IMG/VR virus record: IMGVR_UViG_3300031753_000005
Coordinates: 36-64,035 of that record
Length of the DNA stretch: 64,000 bases
Source of the DNA: a virus
Lineage: Duplodnaviria > Caudoviricetes
Strand: one strand, 5' to 3'
The position numbers and the translations under genes are program-made. A model generated the notes under the pieces. It made no database searches, was not told where the DNA came from, and saw nothing but the letters and a program-made list of their open reading frames with translations. Positions within the stretch are counted from its first letter, which is position 1; each line of letters begins with the position of its first letter. Positions 57,724 through 64,000 of this stretch are shown here, piece by piece.

Positions 57724-58034
57724 CCGGTCATCCGCTGCGGCGCACCAAGGGAAACGAGGAGAAGGGCATCCGACCGAAGCCGGTGCTCCCGAGCGCTAAA
57801 GACATGGCGATACTGCGGCGCGCCGCTCAGGGATACATCTTCGCCACACAAACCGAAGACGGTCCGGAATTTCGCTACGACGACGGCGCTATGGTGTCCT
57901 TGCGCGACGGCGCAAAAGGCGGGCGCCAGTTCGCCCGGATGATCGCCGAAGGCTGGCTGATCCCCGACAAACACGACTCGTTGCTCGATAATGGCCCGCC
58001 GCAGCTTTACCGAGCCAGGAAGCCCGGAATCTGA
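57720..58034 (+). CDS. Hypothetical protein
   Basis: GGAG RBS; coupled. Confidence 0.55.
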   Translation: MTGHPLRRTKGNEEKGIRPKPVLPSAKDMAILRRAAQGYIFATQTEDGPEFRYDDGAMVSLRDGAKGGRQFARMIAEGWLIPDKHDSLLDNGPPQLYRARKPGI

Positions 58035-58157
58035 GATTACCACCAGCATGCTGAGCGTGAGATCACTGCTGCGACGGCACGGCGCTCGGGCGGCGATCAT
58101 CGCGGAGTGCGCAGTCTTGGCGCTGATCCTGCTGTTGACGGCGTATTGAATGCGAAG

Positions 58158-58481
58158 ATGTCCTACCGCCGGCACCCAACCAATCACCGCAATGGCTCGC
58201 GCCCGCGGTTGTCGTTTGAAGATTGGAAAGCGGTAGTCGAGAGCGCCCGAGATTACCGTTGGCTGGTCGATTGGCAGAGCACGAATAATCTCAGCGATCA
58301 GGAGGCCGCCGACGAGACCGCGCTCTCGGTAGCAGCTTATCGTCGACAGAGATCCGGGCGAACGCCGGTCTCGCGCCAGACAGCGGCGCTGGCTTTAAAG
58401 TCGATGGTCGATCTCGATAGAATGCTGAAAGTAGCCAAAATGACTATCTATCTAATAGAAATGAGTACTAATCGCCGGTAA
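58158..58481 (+). CDS. HTH-like protein
   Basis: LSDQEAADETALSVAAYRRQRSGRTPVS. Confidence 0.5.
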   Translation: MSYRRHPTNHRNGSRPRLSFEDWKAVVESARDYRWLVDWQSTNNLSDQEAADETALSVAAYRRQRSGRTPVSRQTAALALKSMVDLDRMLKVAKMTIYLIEMSTNRR

Positions 58482-58600
58482 TCTCGCCATGATTTTCCAT
58501 ATACAAGAGATTACTTGACGGATGGATAAGAAATGTGTTAGCTCCTGAAAATATAGCTTCTACATTTTCCGTCTATGGCCATTGTCGGCCTAGGGATCGA

Positions 58601-59173
58601 ATGGCCAAGCGCGGCAGGCGGAGGCGGGGCGATGTAGAACGCTATCCCAACGGCGAGATCAAATCAGAAATCGTGTTGACGCCGGAGCGGCATCAGCACG
58701 GCGGCGTCGAGTTGATAGAGCGCCCGATAGCTGACGATGCCGGCCGCCCATCCCACCCTTATCGTTGCGTCGACAATCTTGCGATAATGGAGCGCCGCGG
58801 CTCGATCACCTCCGGGATGCGGGCAGCTGGCGAGGATTTCCGGGCGTGTTTTGCGAGAGCCCGACTTGACCCGCTCAAAGCTGCGGATTTCTCCCGACCG
58901 ATAGTCAGCGGCGGCCGATCTCAAAGCGATAACGGTCTGCGGGTCGAGAACGCGCGCGATGATGTCTGGCGCGCCCTTATGGGGACCGGCGGCGCCGGCT
59001 CGCCCGCCGGCTCATGCCTGTGGCACGTCGTCGGCTGGGAGCAGTCGTTGAGGGAATGGGCGCTCGAACAGGGCTGGAGCGGTCGCCGGGTCAGCCAGGA
59101 GGCGGCTTCCGGTATCCTGATCGCGGCACTCAGAGCGCTCGAGGCCTACTACGGCGGGGCTCGGCGGCGATGA
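58601..59173 (+). CDS. DUF6456-like protein (putative late regulator)
   Basis: L..MERRGSIT....AGEDFR..F..A...LWHVVG.E.SL..W...A.GIL.AAL..L..YYG pattern. Confidence 0.75.
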   Translation: MAKRGRRRRGDVERYPNGEIKSEIVLTPERHQHGGVELIERPIADDAGRPSHPYRCVDNLAIMERRGSITSGMRAAGEDFRACFARARLDPLKAADFSRPIVSGGRSQSDNGLRVENARDDVWRALMGTGGAGSPAGSCLWHVVGWEQSLREWALEQGWSGRRVSQEAASGILIAALRALEAYYGGARRR

Positions 59174-59390
59174 CGCTTGATCCCAAAACTATTGGCGCGC
59201 TTGGCGTCACTGTTCTCATAATCTGGATTTGGGCGTCGGCGCTGCTGGGCCTTTGGCGATGACCTCGACGCGACGCTCCCTCTGGGTTCGGCGAATCATT
59301 TTTCAGCCGTGGATCTATCCGCTGTGGGGTCCATTGAGCCTGCGGTTAAATCGCTTGAAGAAGCTAGGTCACTGGTAATCGAAGCCGGTT

Positions 59391-59452
59391 CACACCGTCA
59401 GAGGGTCGTATCCCTGAGTAAACGGTGACTATAGTCCCCATTGTCAGAGCGA
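59391..59452. promoter_or_regulatory. Candidate res/crossover site for the serine recombinase
   Basis: Imperfect palindrome CACCGTCAGAGGG-TCGTAT-CCCTGAGTAAACGGTG plus a second GTCAGAG half-site just upstream of the gene. Confidence 0.5.
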
Positions 59453-59463
59453 AACCATAGGAA

Positions 59464-60195
59464 ATGCCTCAAAAACCGCCAGCGCAGCCCGCCGGCGGGC
59501 AGATAGCGGGTCGATTGTACGTGGCGTACATTCGGGTCAGCACAGATATGCAAGGCCGTAGCGGTCTCGGGCTCGAAGCCCAACAGGTAGCCGTAGCCTC
59601 CTACATCGCCTCATTTGGCGGCACGCTAATTCACGAATTCAACGAGGTAGAGACCGGAAAACGGAGCGATCGACCGCAGCTTTTGGCAGCGCTCGATCTC
59701 TGCAAATCCCGCCGCGCGACGCTTATCGTGGCGAAGATCGACAGGTTGGCGCGCAACACGGCGTTCCTTCTCTCTATCGCGGAGGGCACTGGCGAGGCAG
59801 GCGTGGTCTTTTGCGATTTGCCGATGTTGCCGCCTGGGCCGATGGGCAAGTTCTTCCTCACCCTCATGGCGGCGGTCGCGGAGCTTGAGGCTGGGCTCAT
59901 CTCGCAGCGCACCAAGGCAGCGCTCGCAGCAGCCAAGGCCCGCGGCGTCAAGCTCGGAAACCCGAATCTGCTGGCCCACGGTGCGGGCCCCGCCCGCCGG
60001 CGGGCTGCGCGGAGGAAAGCTCGCGAAGTTGTTCCTTACATCCGCGCAGCTCGAAAAGCCGGGTGCGTCACACTCACCCAGCTGGCCGAGGCACTGACGA
60101 ACCGAGGAATCAAGACGCCGGGCGGAAAGAGTGAATGGGGGGCCGAGCAGGTGCGCAGGATCCTCAAGAGGCAAAGCCAATGCCAGATGACCTAA
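59464..60195 (+). CDS. Serine recombinase (resolvase family with short recombinase domain)
   Basis: YIRVST..QG.SGLGLEAQ; ETGK..DRPQL; KIDRLARN; ISQRTKAAL..AKARG.KLG. Confidence 0.93.
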   Translation: MPQKPPAQPAGGQIAGRLYVAYIRVSTDMQGRSGLGLEAQQVAVASYIASFGGTLIHEFNEVETGKRSDRPQLLAALDLCKSRRATLIVAKIDRLARNTAFLLSIAEGTGEAGVVFCDLPMLPPGPMGKFFLTLMAAVAELEAGLISQRTKAALAAAKARGVKLGNPNLLAHGAGPARRRAARRKAREVVPYIRAARKAGCVTLTQLAEALTNRGIKTPGGKSEWGAEQVRRILKRQSQCQMT

Positions 60196-60365
60196 AAACC
60201 CACATTGATCAAATGGACTTCGCTATCGAGGAGATCACTCAGCTCGGCGCGAATCAGGATTCCGGAGAGGGGATCAGTGATACCAGCCTCATTGCCAGAA
60301 GCATCAGGGAGCTGTGGAACGGCACTTTCAAGCCATTGGTCCAGGCATGGCTGCCAGCGAAATGA
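60180..60365 (+). CDS. Small hypothetical protein
   Basis: Packed ORF. Confidence 0.5.
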   Translation: MPDDLKTHIDQMDFAIEEITQLGANQDSGEGISDTSLIARSIRELWNGTFKPLVQAWLPAK

Positions 60366-60531
60366 ACGCGCTGTGCGGTCCCAAATTCTTGCGCGGTGTA
60401 AGCGCGCCTTGTGATGGATCCTGTTGTGGGCTCGGCAAGGACGGTAAGCCCGATCCCGAATTGACCGAGAGGGTCAATAGGCGTGTCGATGCCTGGCGGC
60501 GGATCGCCGCAAATGGAGCAGGTCCACCTGG

Positions 60532-60810
60532 ATGAAAGCCGAGCCGCTGACCGCCTGGGATGAACCCGCCGGCGACGACGGCTGCGCTTATATCGTCGAG
60601 AATGGCCACATCGCTTCGTGTGGCGAACCGACATTGCCTGGATCGAGTTATTGCCTGGTTCACCACGAGGTCTGTTATCTGCCTCGGGGAAGTAGGGCAG
60701 AGACCCGCAAGATCAGCTCGATGAATTACCTCGGTTTGGCACTCTGGGCGCCGCGCGCCGCGCCGACCGATGAAGAGCTCGACCGGATCGAGCGAGCGGG
60801 GACGCGGTGA
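60532..60810 (+). CDS. GcrA C-terminal-like Cys/His domain protein
   Basis: CAYIV......CGEP...GSSYCLVH...CY parallels GcrA C.WP.G....FCG....G.PYC..H...AY. Confidence 0.6.
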   Translation: MKAEPLTAWDEPAGDDGCAYIVENGHIASCGEPTLPGSSYCLVHHEVCYLPRGSRAETRKISSMNYLGLALWAPRAAPTDEELDRIERAGTR

Positions 60811-60814
60811 CCGA

Positions 60815-61000
60815 ATGAAATTCCAGCAATTGACGCGACCGGACAGCTCCCCGGTCTATCTGTCGTCGGCGGGCAGCGTGATGTCGGCAAAAGACGAAGG
60901 CGGACCGCCCGGCACCAAGACCAGGGTCTTTTTCGCTGGAGAATTGCACTTCGTCCGTGAGGATGTGGCCACGGTCGTCACCATTTTGAGCGAGCTCTAG
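60815..61000 (+). CDS. Small FlbD-like beta protein
   Basis: LTRPD.SPVYL....T.V...G....VRE....V pattern. Confidence 0.5.
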   Translation: MKFQQLTRPDSSPVYLSSAGSVMSAKDEGGPPGTKTRVFFAGELHFVREDVATVVTILSEL

Positions 61001-61097
61001 CCAGATCGAGAGAAGCTCGTGACACCGATAGATTTCATGGCCCTGAGTGCGGCGATTTTTCTGTTCGTGCTCGGCGTGGCCTTGTCGTAAACGTGCT

Positions 61098-61295
61098 CTA
61101 AGCAGGACCCTTTTCGGAGGCACCCCCGTTGTCCATAGGACCACCAAGCAGGAAGCATCCAATTCCAGAACCGTCTCGCCCGCATCCCGCGCCGCGCCGG
61201 CGCCCGCATGCCGGGCATACATCGGCAGCACGCCTTGCAATCGCGCGCGGGTGATCCCCAACGTGGCGCTCGTCAACCTCGATGTCGTCGCTCAT
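61098..61295 (-). CDS. Small hypothetical protein
   Basis: GGGGAG RBS; CPAC motif. Confidence 0.35.
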   Translation of the reverse strand: MSDDIEVDERHVGDHPRAIARRAADVCPACGRRRGAGCGRDGSGIGCFLLGGPMDNGGASEKGPA

Positions 61296-61386
61296 TTACT
61301 CTCCCCAATCCCGCGGAGGTGCCCCCGTTGCAGCGGGGCCTAACCTCTGACTAGTACCGCAGCGGCCATCGGCATGGACCGGATCA

Positions 61387-61402
61387 CGTTACACGTGAAA
61401 CA
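61387..61402. promoter_or_regulatory. parS-like site
   Basis: CGTTACACGTGAAACA vs consensus TGTTNCACGTGAAACA (one mismatch); lies in an intergenic region. Confidence 0.75.
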
Positions 61403-61414
61403 TCCCTAGCGAAA

Positions 61415-61441
61415 TAGCAAAAGTAGCAAAAATAGCAAAAG
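61415..61441. repeat. 9-bp tandem repeat TAGCAAAA(G/A) x3
   Basis: Seen directly. Confidence 0.9.
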
Positions 61442-61566
61442 CCGGCATCCGAGGTTTTCACTCGGCCTAAGGGCAGCCAGACAAGGAGCTATCTCAAGCT
61501 CAGCACTTCAGCCTCTGGGGTGCGCGAACGCTGTCCTGTTACCTGCCGCCGGCCAAGCGCCGAGGG

Positions 61567-61603
61567 TTTTGAACATTTTGAACATTTTGAACATTTTGGA
61601 ACA
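61567..61603. repeat. 9-bp tandem repeat TTTTGAACA x3 plus one variant
   Basis: Seen directly. Confidence 0.9.
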
Positions 61604-61651
61604 AAGTAGTAACCATTTCTGCTGATCCCGGGATGCGGAGGAAACGTGGGT

Positions 61652-61915
61652 TCATTCGTCTAGGCCACCTCCTTTACCGGCGGCGTCGGGTGTGGCGTCG
61701 TTGCGGGATGATTCTGCGGTTGCCATGGTATGCCGCTTAGTAAGCCGGCTTTCGAGCGCTTCGCAGGCGAGTTCGATAACGCGCGGGATTTGGTACAGGC
61801 CTCGCGCGCCCTCGTAGTTATTGACCGTGTCGAGGCTGAGATCGAGCGCCTCCGCCAACTGCGCCCGGGTCATCCATAGGCGTTTCCGAAAGGCGCGGAA
61901 GTCGTCGGCGGTCAT
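61652..61915 (-). CDS. XRE HTH regulator
   Basis: MTADDFRAFRKRL.MTRAQLAEALDLS..TV.NYE...IPRVIELAC. Confidence 0.8.
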   Translation of the reverse strand: MTADDFRAFRKRLWMTRAQLAEALDLSLDTVNNYEGARGLYQIPRVIELACEALESRLTKRHTMATAESSRNDATPDAAGKGGGLDE

Positions 61916-62133
61916 GCCGCATAAAACCACGCAACGAGTGACTCGCCGCGCTTGCCGGAATCATATTCCGACAACAATGTCTCGGACCAATTGTCGAGCA
62001 TTGATTTTGAAGCGTCGTCTCCGTCTTCCAGCGCATATCCGCCGTGGCTGGTGATTTGCTCCCATGCCGAATTCAACTCGGTGAGGTCGGCTGCGTCATA
62101 ACCTTGGGTATTGTCTTGGCGAAAGCGGGTCAT
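61912..62133 (-). CDS. Small hypothetical protein (F.QDNT.GY...DL.ELN motif)
   Basis: GGAGG RBS; AT-rich promoter region with TTGTAAAATTTACAA palindrome upstream. Confidence 0.65.
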   Translation of the reverse strand: MTRFRQDNTQGYDAADLTELNSAWEQITSHGGYALEDGDDASKSMLDNWSETLLSEYDSGKRGESLVAWFYAA

Positions 62134-62219
62134 TGGTTCCTCCGTTCTGATGATCTGAATATAGACCCCGTTTGTAAAATTTACAAGTCATATTTGCCAG
62201 ATAGAAACATTTTTCCTGC

Positions 62220-62585
62220 ATGCCCAGAGGATCAGCACCAGGCGAACGCCGCGGCGGCCGTCGCAAGGGCTCAGCGAATCGCCGCACCATTCTGCGCGAG
62301 GAAGCGATCAGGCAAGCCGACATCTCCGGCGAGGGCGATGCGGTCGATTTTCTCACCCGGGTTTATCGTAATCCGGAAATTCCGCTAACAGAGCGGATAC
62401 ATTGCGCGGCGATATGTGCTCCTTTCGAGCGCCCGCGGCTGACGGCGGTGATGGACCGGGAGGGCCGGGATCTGGCGCAGACGCTTCTGCCGCCGGCGCA
62501 ATACCGGCTGTGGGCCCGGCAGCAGATCAGGGAGGCGTTCGGGATGCCGCCGCTGACGATCGAGCATCAGGCCGAGGAGGAATAA
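62220..62585 (+). CDS. Putative terminase small subunit
   Basis: PGERRGGRRKGSANR.T...DFL..V....P...R..AA...APF..PRL pattern; upstream of terL. Confidence 0.65.
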   Translation: MPRGSAPGERRGGRRKGSANRRTILREEAIRQADISGEGDAVDFLTRVYRNPEIPLTERIHCAAICAPFERPRLTAVMDREGRDLAQTLLPPAQYRLWARQQIREAFGMPPLTIEHQAEEE

Positions 62586-62590
62586 AAGTC

Positions 62591-62830
62591 ATGGATTATC
62601 TGCCAGGATTAGGATCGTACTACACGGCGCTCGGTCTGCAAGCGCCGCTGGGTAACTATCCAGCTAATTTAGCCCATCAAGCGGCGCAAATGGCCGTGCT
62701 TGGCGCTCAAAACGCCTTGGCAAATTATGACAATCGCAAGCATCTCGCTGAATACGAGCGCCAACGTTGGCGCGCCTCGGTCTCGCAGAACTGGCTGAAC
62801 GTGATGCTCGACCAGGAAATCGGAGCATAA
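62591..62830 (+). CDS. Small hypothetical protein
   Basis: GGAGG RBS. Confidence 0.5.
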   Translation: MDYLPGLGSYYTALGLQAPLGNYPANLAHQAAQMAVLGAQNALANYDNRKHLAEYERQRWRASVSQNWLNVMLDQEIGA

Positions 62831-63043
62831 ATGGCCCCACCGAACAAGGCGCGCCGCCGGGTGCTCGCGCGGGAGGGCAAGGCCGAACCCGGCGGCGGAT
62901 ATCCTACCGACACCCCGGGCCGCGCCGTCGCCGCGAAGGCTTATTCGACGCAGGCGGTGCGCGCCGGCCGCATGTCGAGCTCGAAGAAAGCCGAGATCGA
63001 TCGGCGCGCGAACCGCGAGCTCGGGAAGAGCCGCAAGCGCTGA
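62831..63043 (+). CDS. Small basic protein (YP.DT..RA..AK motif)
   Basis: Recurrent motif near packaging genes; GGAG RBS. Confidence 0.6.
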   Translation: MAPPNKARRRVLAREGKAEPGGGYPTDTPGRAVAAKAYSTQAVRAGRMSSSKKAEIDRRANRELGKSRKR

Positions 63044-63240
63044 TGCCCCGCCTAACGCCCTCTGGCAAGAAAACCAAGCTCGCGGATTTCGAGGACCAGC
63101 TGAAAGGCACGATGCCTGATCATGAGCTGTACGCGATTGCAAACAAGGAAGGGCTGATGCACGGCAACAAGGCGACGCGCCGGGGCGCCCGCGCTGCCAC
63201 GTTCGGCGGTCGCAAATCGAGGAGCCACACCGGCAAATGA
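63043..63240 (+). CDS. Small basic protein
   Basis: TGATG coupling. Confidence 0.55.
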   Translation: MPRLTPSGKKTKLADFEDQLKGTMPDHELYAIANKEGLMHGNKATRRGARAATFGGRKSRSHTGK

Positions 63241-63710
63241 CCATGACCCGCATCGAGATCGAGCAATATGGCCACACTTGGCGCGCCGAGGTCGAGGGCG
63301 GGACCGGCTTGCTGACGCGGAAGCGGCATGTGCAGGCCGGTGATTTTCCGGGAATGATCGCCGCGGTGGTTCAGGCCTGGGCCGAGGTCAATGATCGGGA
63401 GCCGATCGTATTTCTTCGGTCGACCGGTGAAATTCTGAGGCAGCATGAAACCGAAGCGGTGTCTCGCCGAGAGCGGCTACTCGACGAGCGAGCGGAGAAC
63501 GCCAACCGGATTTATGACGACCTCGGCAACGAGGAGGCACCGCCGACGTTGCGGCAATATCCGCGGCACCCCGAAGAGCAGACGCGGGCCGAGATGGATG
63601 CCGATTTTGCGCCGCACCATAAGCCGCCGGTTCCGATCGAGCCCCTTGCCGATGAACCGCCCCGCCGCGGGGTCGGCCGGCCGCGCAAGGAAGTCGCTGC
63701 TGAGAAGTGA
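63237..63710 (+). CDS. Hypothetical protein with C-terminal AT-hook-like GRPRK
   Basis: Coupled on both sides. Confidence 0.6.
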   Translation: MTMTRIEIEQYGHTWRAEVEGGTGLLTRKRHVQAGDFPGMIAAVVQAWAEVNDREPIVFLRSTGEILRQHETEAVSRRERLLDERAENANRIYDDLGNEEAPPTLRQYPRHPEEQTRAEMDADFAPHHKPPVPIEPLADEPPRRGVGRPRKEVAAEK

Positions 63711-64000
63711 GTGCTCGGCTCGACGCGATTGCCGCCTATGACCGCCTGTTCGCCGGCGTCGAGAAGCGAGAAGAGAAGGATGCGCTCGATCGCGATCTCG
63801 CCTGCGAGGATCTGTTTTTCCTCCTCGTCTACGTTCTCGGCCGCAAAGACATCAATGCCGATTGGATAACTCCAGCTCCGGGCCTGCCGCGGATCAAGCG
63901 GAATCCGGATTGGCTCTTCGATCGGTGTCGGGAAATCGAGGCAGCGCCAAACGGCTACCTCGATCTGTGGGCCCGCGAGCACTACAAATCGACGCTGATC
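63707..64000 (+). CDS. terL: Terminase large subunit (5' part)
   Basis: GTG start overlapping the previous stop; open frame [11 protein letters not shown]...[12 protein letters not shown] continues into bases 1-1491. Confidence 0.9.
   Translation, partial: MSARLDAIAAYDRLFAGVEKREEKDALDRDLACEDLFFLLVYVLGRKDINADWITPAPGLPRIKRNPDWLFDRCREIEAAPNGYLDLWAREHYKSTLI
63782..64000. repeat. Terminal direct repeat, right copy
   Basis: Matches bases 1-219. Confidence 0.97.

Noticed and set aside
61567-61603. GAAC repeats as an alphaproteobacterial LexA box (GAAC-N7-GAAC)
   Set aside because: Spacings are N5 and N6, not N7.
1-64000. Phage-encoded selenoprotein (UGA readthrough) suggested by the selC link
   Set aside because: I saw no in-frame TGA at a Cys-equivalent position with a downstream SECIS-like hairpin, though this was not searched exhaustively.

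Overview
This window is an apparently complete ~63.8-kb temperate, podovirus-like phage genome. Bases 63782-64000 repeat bases 1-219 with one mismatch, and the terminase large subunit runs across the junction. The host is probably an alphaproteobacterium, inferred from a DUF6456-like protein, GcrA-like domains and promoter motifs. The + strand carries packaging, DNA-ejection, portal, scaffold, capsid, tail and lysis genes, interleaved with many small accessory ORFs. Tyrosine integrase, Xis, ERF and YqaJ genes lie on the - strand, followed by a lambda-like cI/cro switch with 17-bp operators, a replication initiator and a serine recombinase. Notable points: (1) a group I intron with an HNH ORF splits the major capsid gene; (2) the likely attP carries the 5' half of a tRNA-Sec with its own candidate promoter; (3) an 893-aa protein with about 19 DWP/QP[DE]R repeats sits in a cassette with a Zn-finger, a glycosyltransferase and a small beta protein; (4) five Cys-rich late-region proteins carry Sec signal peptides; (5) three glycosyltransferases and a methyltransferase sit among the structural genes; (6) there is a lone chromosomal-type parS site; (7) an HNH relic overlaps and supplies the start of erf. 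All family calls come from motif recognition by eye; no database search was run.
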